Origin: Haliotis cracherodii
Lineage: Eukaryota
Reading direction: 5' to 3'
Assembly: GCF_022045235.1 (NCBI RefSeq)
Contig: NW_027266341.1
Span: forward strand, 2,604,001 to 2,668,000
Length of the DNA: 64,000 nucleotides
In this document: positions 27,139-40,700 of the stretch, one piece after another
Layout of the letters: every line of letters starts with the position of its first letter
Position numbering within the stretch: position 1 is the first letter of the stretch
Made by a program: the position numbers and the translations under genes
The notes under the pieces: generated by a model
What the model was told of the DNA's origin: nothing
What the model saw: only the letters and a program-made list of their open reading frames with translations
Database searches by the model: none

Positions 27139-30100
27139 GAACTGGAATACATGTACTGTTAAATCGGCGTTAAACCAACTTATTCACTCACTCACGTGTT
27201 ATTGATATCAGTCTACTTTCGAATCATTTGCTACCCATGTTATTCATACGCTACCCTTATACCAGCAATGTCTTTTTGTAAGGTTGAAATTAGAAGATGC
27301 GCCATAATTTCTCGGGTAATAAATAAATTATCACACTTGTCCTCATTAGAAACGTGAAATGAACTCACTGTAGTAAAAACGGTATCTAGCAGGGACTCGT
27401 TTAGTAATCTACATAATTTGCATACATAACCAAAAGAATGATCGTTACTGGTGTTTATAGACATGGCAATTGCTGTAGATAACCAACAATATTTACTTGC
27501 ATGCTATGTGCACGTTGTAGTGTTTGCTTATATACTTATATGTCATTAAGAGTTTTCTTAAACAATTAAATTGAAAATGAGTGAAGCTGAGTGTAAGTAT
27601 GAACATAAATTATTGCAGAGGGTAGGCAAGGGAAATACAGCTATTTGATTAGAGAGGTCAAGTGAAATGAAACGTCACATTCAAGGTTATTTTATTTATT
27701 TTGCATGACCCTGCGTGTCTGGCTGCTTATACTAGTCCTGAATCAATTCGTCTGTAAAGTGCTTACCCGCTGATATACCTCGCCGGTGTTTTACATTGAT
27801 ACACCTTCAGATACATCACAGTGTACACCGAGCCGGTCCGTCCTCGTTTTATTCCGTAAATCGCGAGTGCTAGGCAGCGTAACAACAACTACCAAACGTC
27901 TCTTGGTATGACGCAACCAGGGAATATGAGCACCAAACTTCCGCGATCCACGCCAGGCCGGGTAACATCAACCACAACAGTTCGTTGTAAGCATACACAC
28001 AGCATACATACAGCAAATGCCCAGGATAAAAAGTACTTCATATCCGTCAGTTTGTTATCAGCATGTTCGTTATAAACGTAGTTTACTGTTGCAAGACGCG
28101 ACCAGGGAATCTGAGCACCGAGCATCCACAATCTACGCAGGCGCTGTACCCACTACAACACGGATATGGCCTTGAACCATTGACATTCGTTGACAAATGA
28201 GTTCGCGTTTTTCAAGGTGGTTTTATCAACGCGATGTATCGTTTTATCCAGCACACAAATTATTTGAAACGTAAAGCTAACTGGGCCAATCATGCTCATT
28301 GGTGATGCCATTTATCGTTACTTAAATTGTGTGGCAACAGTGTTACAAGGTAAATGAGAACGTATCTTGTCAGAGAACAGCTTGTATACATGTATTAATG
28401 ATATAAATCAGACACACGTATTATCCCTCTGTGTCCTATAAGTCATGGCAAATGCAAACACATGCCCTCCATGGCATACTTGGTGTATGAATCAGCGAAG
28501 CCCCCGCGGTTTTTCCCGACCCCCGGTGCATGCTCTGTCTACCAAAACCGAGGGAAAGTGTTTTTCCATGCTTATAAACCGAAAAAAGAAACTTAAAACA
28601 ACATTTATCAACATTTTTATGTTTCGAACATACTTTCCAGAAACCTTAGGAAACGCGCGTAAAATATCTGTTGCTGGCGTACGGATCTTGAAAAGGACAT
28701 TCTAAAAACCAGTGACGCACATCAGCACCTCTGTAGCCTCGTGGTACTCTCACTGGGCTACAGATATGAAGGTTGCGAGATCGATTCGCGGGAATATAAA
28801 GAAAAAAACATTTGTCATTTTATTTTACATTTCATTACATGTTACAATCTGAACGGAAGTTATATTAATAAAATCCCTGGGATATTATATAAAATCCCGG
28901 GGACATTACAACGTCCCTGTTAAGGAGATTTAACCCGACTGGAGAGTAAAACCTCACAATAGGTCTTAATGCCTATAGAAAGAAGTCTCTTACTTAATAG
29001 CGACCCCAATGAATAGGTTTATAAAACTAGATATGGAAGGGCAACAGGGGATGTTTGGTAAACCAATACTAATTGGCATTGGAAATTTAAATTAAAAGTA
29101 TATATTATATGTCCACTATTAATTCATCAACAGCTATTGGAGGCTCTATCGTTTTATTTTAAACGTCATAATAGTGGAGACAGACTACTTAGTGAATTGC
29201 ATGATAAGCATGGGTACCTCAACATGGCAGCGCCAGCCAACGAAGATATAAGAGTGCGTGAGTGATTTAAAACTTTACATGTAGACAATATTGCAGTCAG
29301 AACAAGTTAATTACTTATTAAATACCTGTCGAAAAAGGAGGAAAAACAGTGAGGTAAGTATCAAGGTTTACGTATAAAACAAACAAGATCAATATATGAA
29401 AACGTATGATTTTCCATTGGATTATTTAGTGAAAAAAGCTAGGCTACAGACCATAATGAACCAAAGCTACGCCACCTCACTGGGGACTAAGATATAAGAG
29501 GAAGTGTGAACCCTGAAAACATGTTTATACTGTAAACACCTGCAATAATAACACAGGAAAACAGCATTGTCCATTTGGCAATGGAGCATGTGATGAACCA
29601 GACACTCCCCTTATAATAGCTTCCTCTCGTGAAGTGTTATCAACACATCAACATAATACATGCCCAACATTTGAGTTTGCATGTATTTGTTATTGTACAA
29701 GGTAAACATACACCACACGGAAATGGTTAGAGATGAAAACATTTAAGTTCTATCAGCAGGTAAAGTTGATCGAACACTATACTTTAATACGGACACGTGT
29801 TAGCATATATGTACATGTATGTATATATACGAACATTATTACATATATGTGTGAATATGCACTTAAACTTAATTTTCCGAAAGCATAATTTCTTTCATGT
29901 CTAAATTTGTAATAAAATCCGTTTTGAATGACCTGGAAATTACATGTACATGTATTAAACGGCAGTTACTTAATTTCCTGAAGACACTAAAGCCTATATA
30001 AAATGTGTCATCTGTAAGAAAATGTAGCTGGACTAAATCCAAACTCCATGTTAACCTGCCCATTATGATTTGCAGACTCGTCCATTGTGGCATGATCTCA

Positions 30101-31482
30101 CCCTTGGACTCCTCACAACCACGTCTGCTTATGGACTTCAGTCGAGGCGCTCCCTCATACAATTGCAAAATTATATAGGTTACCTGTTTGTGCCTAAGTC
30201 ATGCTTTTACTTTTCACTCTATACTTTACTCGAGATGAACAGCTTAAGGAAACGCCCCACTTCCTGGTGTATTGCAGTGAATATATAGATTGGTTTACTT
30301 AAAAACGTTCAACAGATAGCGAAATCGTGACTTCCTTGATGTTTTTCATGGCTTCGTAACGGTAGAGGCAAATGTTTACTTTTTGGACCTTTTAAAGAGA
30401 AGGAACCGTGAGTTTGGATTCCGTTTATTGATGAAGCGCCAGTGATCGTATATAATTACAAAATAATTGCAAAGATGTATACTAATCAAAAAGCAATAAA
30501 TCAAATAAGTGTTTAAGTTATCTACGTTAAGTAATCCAACCTGTGAGTGATATATTTTAGAATTTGTGTAAATAATTCCAGACTGACTACAGTCGTCACA
30601 CGTTTTCTTATTGACATTGTTTATGCACATAAACATATACTCATATACAGAAAACAAAGCGTGACATTAAAGCAATAACAAACATGTGACTATCATAGTC
30701 AAACAATATTAATGACACTAAAGGCTTCTGGGGCATAGAGATAACAAGCGTGGCCTGAGGCTACGGATGCAATAACCCATTACACATACTACTACTCTGG
30801 GTTTACCTAGCTATAGGTTTACAACATGTGAAAGGTGGTATTTTTGATAAAATATGATTTGTGTCAGTACGACGTAGACTATTTTCCTGTCAGCATAGCA
30901 TGTGAATTTGATATGCCTGATGAAAACATGTAAATGTTTTTACTTTTTTGAAGATTATTTTCAAATATCATCAATATAATAATACATAATCGCAATGCAT
31001 CAAGTGAATCGTCTATTACAAATATTTACAAGTTAACAGATCATATAACTTTGTCCTGTCCATGTATTTCAGTTCACCGTCCACATACAAAGGTGGTGAC
31101 GCCATAATGACAAGGTCTTCATGCATGCAAAGCCAAAACTATAATTATAAGATAAACGCCACCTATAACTTATATTTAGCAAAATATAAATACATTTACG
31201 TTAGGTCTTAAGTATTAATATTATCAGTTCACATCAGGGGACATTGGGTTACAACATAGCTCTCATTGAACTTACACAATTCACATTGTAACTGTATCTG
31301 TGTAGTGTCTGTGCGTCAACAGACATCAGGGTACAGAAATACGTAAATAATTAATTTATTTATTACAATTTTAAACCCACAAACATAGAAATAAATCTTA
31401 GAGCTAAAGGGCACCTTTTGCGAATATACGTTCAAGTACCAATATATCATTTTATTTGAACAGTAAGTTTGTCAATAGAAAG

Positions 31483-31795
31483 TCACTTAACCTTCCCGAT
31501 CTCACTGTATTCACCATCAGTTCCCCGTGACGTGTTGTCAAGGGTTTCATAGGTCCCTGCTGCGATAGAGTCGGACACGTCACATGACGTCAGAACAGTG
31601 GCATCAGTTTTTGCATTTGTTTGGCCAGATTTAACGGTGCAGTAAGGCTCTCCTTTCATCTTGGCGTCATATGAGACGGCATTGAGACTGTCGTATGGCC
31701 TAGTTTCTGGGCCAACGTCATCACTGGCCTGCGGTGGTTCAGTTGGAACGAGTGATACAGTGGTTGGGCGCGATTCAGATGTCTTGTGTAGGCAT
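31483..31795 (-). CDS. Gene 2 cytoplasmic tail exon (YDSL, YCTV, YETL, YSEI)
   Basis: Acceptor cacattccag|A TGC CTA; lies within ORF 31483..31812. Confidence 0.85.
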
Positions 31796-34700
31796 CTGGA
31801 ATGTGAACACAATCGAAGCTTGGTGTAAAGTACATGAAAGACATAGACGCATTATCCAATATGATGTTGTTATTAGATATGATCCTATTTTTTGGACCCC
31901 AAAAAACACAATGCTTTTTGATTTTTTAAAATATATATCTTGGAACTATATATTGTGACCCATTGACCTGTTCCTTCTCCTCCAGATAACAGCACTGACG
32001 ATGGCACCTACTACAGCACCAGCCACGAATGCAAGAACCACTGCGACAGCCAATTGGCTCAAGTTATACCCGGCGGCTTGTACACACCTCGCATCTTCTG
32101 AATACATAAAGGACAAGATCACGCAATGATGTTTATACAAATATGTTTATACATTAAAAAATGTAAATTTAACAAACGATAGAGTATAAGCTGTGTCATC
32201 AAATACAAACGTGGTCCTGCTTTTGAAATAGTTTGTGACAATTCTCAACCTTGTCTGGGATTTGTGGCATTTCATGTTTTAGGGGGTTTATGAACCTCTC
32301 GCTTGCATAGATTTAAAACATAGATTAGTGTGTGAGTAATGCATGTGTACCAGTCGCGACAATTAAAACAGATATGACTTTTTGCATTTTGTTCAGGATA
32401 CAGCCATTGTGCTGATCAGTACTTCCTTATGGAGCTCCGTTATTTCATTTTATTTTGGTCTGACATGGACATGCATATGTTACTACAGATAGAGATGTTT
32501 CATTAACTGCCTTATCTTTTGCATTGAATCAATCTATGAAGGCAGTCTCGAAAAGTAAGAGCTTTACAAATTGACAACAATGTGTGTGTTTGTGTGTGTG
32601 TGTGAGTGAGTGCTATCCCACTGAGATACAATGTCGCTGTCGTTTGGTTTGACTTGGCCAGGAGATCGATCCAAAAGACCACGGAGGGTGTTCAATAGGT
32701 TTACAGATGGGAATGATGATTAAAACATCAACAACTCTACGGAGAAACGGCACCATCAGTTATAGCCGATGTCAGGAACACAAGCTTTAGTGTTTAACAC
32801 ACGCCTGGTATTGTTTCTGAAATGACTGGGGGCTAACACGCTTTGAATAACACACTTGTTGCAGATTGAGAATTCTCTTCTTTGTCCAAAAAGAAATTCA
32901 ACTTTGTATTGAGATAAAAGTTTATAGAAAAGGCTGATTACATTTTATAATTTTCCCCAGGGTTATGCTTGTCTTCTTAGGACTAACTATTGTCAACAAC
33001 ACATATTAAATAATAAGCAGCAACTGCAAGTCAAAGTGAAACTTACCTATGATTTCTAACTATGAACCATATTGCCAAAACAAATAATGTTTATATGACA
33101 ACAAAATGAAGTAACTGTTACAGGAAACATTCAATATTGTGATATGAGAAATCACGCAGATTCAGAGATCGATGCATTGGCCTCTTAACATTATACATGC
33201 ATAGTTCTGAAAACGAGGTGCAAAACAAAATAATGTGCAACAAAATAATGTTCTATCTTTCCAAATTAAAATGATGGTGATCCCTGTGCTTTTTACTTTG
33301 CCTCGAATTCACACCAAAGTCACTGGATACCTCGTAAACATATGAGTATTGATATTATTTTAGTTTTGTTGAATCATCATTTACGTTAGTGTACAAGAAA
33401 ACAATATAGTCTTAATTTGTCAAAGCAAATACATTTCTCACTGACGTATTTCCATCTATTGCAAACGTGCAGTGCACCGATGAGAATGGCTTTCAATTCC
33501 AACTGCTCTTCACAATTTGATTCCAGCGTTTAATGTTGCATTTCTTTGTTTTACAAATATCCGTTACCTATTAAACACATAATACCTTGCCATATTACCC
33601 TCAATCCACTGCCAACTCTACAGTCACTGCCTACCTGTTGCCATAACATAATTACCTGTACAGTCCGCTTGTGCCCACCCTGTATCACATCCTCTGTCAC
33701 AGTCCCCTGTTGAGGCACAGGAAGAGTTTCCCACACAGTGTCTGGAGGCACATGTCTTGTCACAGTTAGCTCCGTAATGATTTATATCACATGCTGTAAA
33801 ATTATCGAAGGAGCATTATGCCATCATATGCCGTGAACCTAAGATTGGAAACATGGCTGAATTTATGTCAATGTTTATCTTCATATGTTAACTCTGATCT
33901 TAGCCTTTTTTAACATGTACAAAATCTAGCCTCCCTAATTTGTTTTTTATGTCTGGAATACTATCATTACATAGTAAGCCTCTCATAAAGGAGAATCATT
34001 ACGTCCAACAGTTGCTTACAGTTGTGATACATATTTCAATGTTTCACTGTGTTCAATTTATAATGTAAACTACGGTTGTCACCTTCTCTGCAGTCTTCAC
34101 TCATCCACCCTGGCGCACACCCGGAAACACATGTCCCTCGTACGTGATCACATGGCGAGTCTCCTGCACACTTCCTGTCTGTGCAATAGTTTCCGCAGCT
34201 CTGTCCATAACTTCCAGTTGAGCATGCTGTGAAATCATAATTTCATAAGTATATTACCAAGCATCTATTGCTAATAAGTGTTATGTTACTGCTTCAAACA
34301 CGTACGGCTACCATAGCTCAGCATCACACCTGATTCATTATAAAGTATTCAGGCCAATTTTTAAGAAATAATTTACTATCTTTCCGAATGAAAACGATGT
34401 TGATCGGTGTTCTTTTTGCTGTTTCACTAATTCACTCCTTACCTTGTCAACATAATTTAGTTTTTCAGAATGATTTAAGTTAGTGTTTTAAGGAAACAAT
34501 ATATTCTTGATATGTCAATGTATCTACATTATAGCAAATAGTTACACACGTCCTCATTGGCGTAATTCCATTAATTTGAACAGTATAATAGTCGGATTTG
34601 TACCATCGACTCTGCTTCATGCAGATATTTCTATTGGATATGGAAAGGGTTTTGTCGCTGTATTTCCATTAATTAAGAACGTGTAGCGCATCGATTACAT

Positions 34701-37700
34701 CAGCTATCAATTCCAACTGCACTTCACACTTCGATTCCAACTCTTGATGTTGTATTTCGTTGTATTACAGCTATTCAATATCTTTTCAAACATATACTAC
34801 CTTGCTATATTACCGTCCAGCCACTGCCAACTCTCTACTCACAGCCAGCCTATTGACATAACATGGTTACCTGTACAGTCCGCTTGTGTCCACCCTGTTT
34901 CACATCCCACTGTCACAGTCCCCGGTTGAGCTGGAATACTATTATAAAATAGTAACCCTCTCATAGAGGAGAGTCACAACATTCAGCAATTGGGTACAAT
35001 TTCGATACATATTTCAAAGTTTTGCTGCGTTCAATATATAATATAAACTACGGTTGTCACCTTCTCTGCAGTCTTCACCCATCCACCCTGGCTCACACCC
35101 GGCAACACATGTCCCTCGTACATGATCACATGGCGAGTCTCCTGCACACTTCCTGTCAGTACAAGCGTTGCTGCATTTCTGTCCATAGCTTCCACTTGAG
35201 CATGCTGTGGAGGAATAACATGAGTATATTACAAAGCGTCTATTGCTAAGAAGTGTTATGTTTATTACTTATCTTAATTATCGCATCTTTAATGTTATCT
35301 AACTCCTCTATAAACATAAATGTAGTTTGTGCCATCGCCATGGATCGGTTAAAACAGGATAGCATCAGCGGTAATGTGTTCTAAATGGTTAGTTTTTAAA
35401 TGTATGATCAAACCGTTTCCCATTGCCCTGAAAGGAAAACCGTAAGCAGGCAACATCACATCATACAATGGTTAAATTATATTTAACAGTGTTTGAACAT
35501 AGCTGTCATGAACATAATACAAAAGGTATTATTTCAGTTTTTCCTGGATGAATCCCTATAGTACTTGTTCTGATTATAAGTCGGTCTCCAAGCAAGAATG
35601 CATCATTCAGAATGCATCTCAGATGTTCTTCATTTTTTTGTTCTTTAAGCGACGTTTCGTGACCTCGATGTTTTTTGTTTGCGATACGTTTTATGTTAAA
35701 ACTCGGGCTTGCATTTGTCTTTAACGACGAAACGTGTCTCAAGAGCCTGTAAACTGATTTTGTCCAAATGTTGGTCGTGTATGTAGACTAAGAATTACAT
35801 ATTCAAAGGTCTCATGAAATAATTAATTTAATATGACATAACTCCATATGACATAACTTCGAACGAAATATGTCCATTACTTAAACTCCATAGCTACTTC
35901 TGGCGTGATTAAGGCAACTCCAGTTTCGGTCGGTTTCGTTATTCTTTCTCAATTTGAAACAGAGATATTAGTACTTCTGGTGCATTACAACTAAAACCCA
36001 AGTCCTATGTCTCTGGTTCACAGTGTAATAAAGGTCTTACTACTTCCGATTTTGTAGAACTCCCTTCCAGTTTCTGAAAACACTACACTAAAACTTTAAC
36101 TATTCAAATTTGTCTAAGAACGTAATTAACTCTTGTTGTAATTAGAGGACACTATGACACCAGATATCGCTGTTTACAGAACTGGACTGACCTTATTTTT
36201 GAAATATGTGAGGCGAGAAAGGGTGTGTGGCGTGGTCTTGGAGACTAGATATTTAATAAAAAATAGATATTTTACATATAAAAGTAACAATATGAGCCTT
36301 ATTGTTCTTAAAGCCAACTGCGTGGTATGTTGCACATAATATACACCCCTAGTATGTCTTATTTAGACTCGAATATTTACAGGTAGAACATAGTTACGTG
36401 CGTCATTAAACATGTGCAAGATCAAGATTGTTTGCAGTGGAGTACGACAGATTTAATGGATGCTCTTTCAATAGTTCCAACCTTGTTTGTCATACATGGG
36501 TCTCACTTGTATGATCACACAATTTTAAGATTAATATATTGAGTTGTTGGGTGTTTGTGGAATAATTCATTGTCATGTTGCCATAACGTAGCTGTAGTGT
36601 TGCTGACTAATATACATTTTACTAACATATACCAATTTATCAATCACGTTTTGTTAATAGCAACGACGTGAAAATAGACCAGGACTCCTAATCCCGAGGA
36701 ATCAATGTTCTGGGCAATGGAGAAGTGGTCTACAGTCTCCAGGACAGACACCACCACCGACTGCATCTCCTCACCTGTATCACACCTGTCTCCCTGCCAC
36801 CCTGATCTACAGTCTCCAGGACACACACCACTAACTGAATCTCCTCACCTGTATCACACCTGTCTCCCTGCCACCCTGGTCTACAGTCTCCAGGACACAC
36901 ACCACTGACTGAATCTCCTCACCTGTATCACACCTGTCTCCCTGCCACCCTGGTCTACAGTCTCCAGGACACACATCACTGACTGAATCTCCTCACCTGT
37001 ATCACGCCTGTCTCCCTGCCACCCTGGTCTACAGTCTCCAGGACACACATCACTGACTGAATCTCCTCACCTGTATCACGCCTGTCTCCCTGCCATCCTG
37101 GTCTACAGTCTCCAGGACACACACCACTGACTGAATCTCCTCACCTGTATCACACCTGTCTCCCTGCCACCCTGGTCTACAGTCTCCAGGACACACACCA
37201 CTGACTGGGTCACACGTTGCTTGGAAGCAATGGCAGGACTGATTGCAGCTATCGCCGAAGACACCTGGGCTACAAACTTGAAATAGGACGATAGTGAATA
37301 TTATTGCTTCCAATGTCTGTATTAACAATTTTATCGGTTAGCTTAACAGTACCAAATATGATATATTATCCAACTTAAGAAAGAAATCAATAAAGATGTT
37401 TGTTGGGTCTTTACTATTTTGTTTTACAGCTTGCTTAATTTAGATGTAGCTGGGTGTGTTGGAGGGTGTTACTGTACATTAAATTTCTCTATATATAAAG
37501 AATGTAGGTCATCCGCCTATGGTCACTAATTAGTATGTTTCAATACGAAAACGTACTTGTTTTATGTGGCTATATTATATTGTCCGCTATGACGTCAAGA
37601 CACGAGGGAGTTGTCAAATATACAAAGAGAAAACGGCACAACTGCGCTATGTTTAACTGTAAGCCATTGTAAATCCGCATGCGTCATGTGCGTGGTGAAA

Positions 37701-40700
37701 ATTTGCTTTGGATCACGACGATGCATTCTATTTTATTTTTGATCCTGTGTACCCAAACAGTTCCCATACAGCTATCGATTTTGATTTAGATTATCATCTT
37801 AAATGTCCTGAGGACATAAGTTGGTAATGATAAAGAAGAGTGTCCAGTTGAAATCAGATACGTTGAGGACAGAAAGTGAGGGTTTCTCAACAAACAGCTC
37901 CCCACTCCCCAGCCGACCAACCAATGTTCACCCAAAGCCAAACAGAACATGACCCGTCTCCACCCAAGAATAGCAAATGGTCGGCCCCAGGAAACGGGTA
38001 AAACAAATTGTTTTGTCCACACTTGTGCATACATAATAAAAATATAATGTGACGACTTTTCTTCAGGTAAACATTTGTTTTAAATTTAAGAAATGAAGTG
38101 GCTTTTTTATTGAACCTACTTATATAAATTCTCACGATTCTCCAGAGGAAATATGTACGTGCTACAGTGTGTTAATTCACAAAGCATCTTTTGGGGAGAA
38201 TATGCGTTACACCACACGATGAATATCATTTCTGTGTTCAAAGAAACAGCAGATGATCAAAGTTTTAAAAAGTGTATGTCATTTTAGAAAATATGGAAAA
38301 ATGTACTATTGAAGCAGAGAAAATACAAATATTCAATTCACGATTGAAACAGTAAACCACTTCATGAAATGAATGTGTTGTGTACTGATTCACCCGCACA
38401 CCAAAGTAAGTAAGAAATATGTACAATGGTGTTGATGTTGACAGTTGGTTTTTCCTTGATGCAGGGATTGCATCAAGCATACACGAGTCATGTAAGTTAA
38501 ATAATCAGAATCAATCTGCGCCATTTGTTTTTATATTACCGTTGATACTAAGTAGAAAGGAAGAGAAGTACCGTTACAAATAAAACTATGAGACGTATAA
38601 CCTAGAGAATGCAAATGACAATTTTTAAAATTTGTCACAGGGTTATCCTACGTACTTCCCTTTCATTGGCCCTATTTTGAGTGGTGACACTTAGGCAAGC
38701 GAAAAGCAGAAGTTACCGACGTAAATCGGAGTAGCCATTTTTTGTTTGAAATTAACGTGTACATATGCTATCAACAATTATCCGTACCATAAATTTCCAC
38801 CTCACACAGATTTAGCCGTATGCTGTGTGTGATGGTGAAGTATCTCCCTGTGCCGTCACACGTCACGTCGTACACGCTGTTGTTTGTTTTGACTGTGTCA
38901 TTGGGGAAGGTGTAGCAGGTGACGCCGGGTGTGAAGCTGCTGGAGTTACTCAGGGAGAGGACAGCAGTTCTAATTAATTGAATATCTAAAACAGGCAATG
39001 AAAGAAATGATATGCTGACTGACGGTGACATTGTGCTCTTGAACAATGACAAATAGCTAGCAAATGACACTTTGTGTGATCCAGTTCACCTGTCATCTTA
39101 TTGCTGAAACATGTGTGAACGTCAAATAAGACCATGTGACCACATTCAGTTTAAATGTGTAGGAAACATTAATTTGTAAGTCGTTTTTGATCAGCATGTG
39201 TGGCAGAGTGATATTTTGTACATAAAAGTTAGGTTTTAATTCTATTTTAGCCATAGCTTTATACACATTCTATTTCAGATTTGGATTAAGTAAATAGTTT
39301 ATTTACTATGCCTTACTTTTGTCATATAATTGTATTTCAGCTTAAACATTAATACCATAGCTTATCTGTTCATTCAGTCTATTATTTATCAAGCAATTAC
39401 TAACCATACAACTGCATGCTTTTCACCCACAGCACTTAGTATCCCACCCAACGTTTAGACTACTCTATTGTTCTCTGTGGTCACTCACAGCTGACCACAG
39501 GTACATGTATACCTTTGTACTCTTGTGATCTGGGGCAGTTGCCAGATTACACATGAAGCATATACATCAGTCATTATGTGTATAGTCCTGGATGGATCTC
39601 GTGTTTAGAATTATATTCATGGATCCAATGGATGTGTTAATTTCATGGATTTTAAGGTTTGTTGTGGTATATTTCTTGTGTGATGCTTTTTTATGTATTT
39701 GTGTATTCTAATTTTTAAAGTTAGAGCTAGTTTATTGCTAGTCAGGTTATGTATTGAATTCACAGTTCAGTGTATTATGGTTATGATAATTTTATATGAT
39801 AACGTATTATAAAGCAGTTTCTTTAATTGATAAATAGCTAATTTAGCCTGGGCTATTATCATCGTACTTGAACATGAACTAAGTAAAACTAAACCCTAAA
39901 TAAACTATACCTCATATCACATTAAGGTAATTGTGCTAATTATGTATAAGAAAGTATGCATATGTGTGAAAGTGCATTATTTAAGTTATTTGATAAATCT
40001 CTGTTTTAAATACCTATTTTACTTTTGTGTTGTGTATAGTGATAGTGTAAATAGTATCTGCATTACTTTATACTTTGTCAATGCAGATGTAACTGGCATT
40101 ATTTTAGAAGCCTTGGTGTCATGGCATAGGTTTCACCAATCTGGTAAGTATTGTTTATGTGTTATTCATGAATGTATAAATGTATGTATCTATATATATG
40201 CTGACGTTGTATATCTTTGTAATTATCACGTAGTCATGTACTTGTCTAATGTTATGACAGTAGACAGGGTTTATGTTTAGTTTACATTGATTATAGCATC
40301 ATAAGCATATATATTACTGTATCATTGTGCAGGTTACTTACTACATGAGTAACATAGGTTTCTCGCTATTTTAAGTTCATATAATTGAATGTCCATTAGA
40401 TGTAAGGCCCTTATCTATATCATAACAATGTCAATGTTCTATATCTTTTGTGCAGTATGTCTTAATATGTATACATTGTTTCAGGCCGTATTTTTCGCCT
40501 CTCACATTTGTCTTCTGAGAGAATAAAAAAAATCAGCTCATTCCCTGTAGCCGTTTGCGGTGTGAAACCGTCTCGACAAATAAGTGCTACTATACATGTA
40601 CTAACATGTTTTGGGACGCCTCATCATAATATCCAAATAAATCAAATAACGCTGTCTAAACTGATACATACATCCTGCCCTGTTGTATATCCTGACGTCA

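Larger units (their letters stand above)
22190..29762 (+). repeat. Segmental duplication, copy 1 (matches 49870-50978 plus 58202-64000)
   Basis: Colinear high similarity throughout, e.g. 28980-29762 vs 63220-64000. Confidence 0.95.

Noticed and set aside
30885-30955. Hammerhead ribozyme (GTC, stem, CTGATGA, stem)
   Set aside because: The required GAAA and stem III after stem II are missing.
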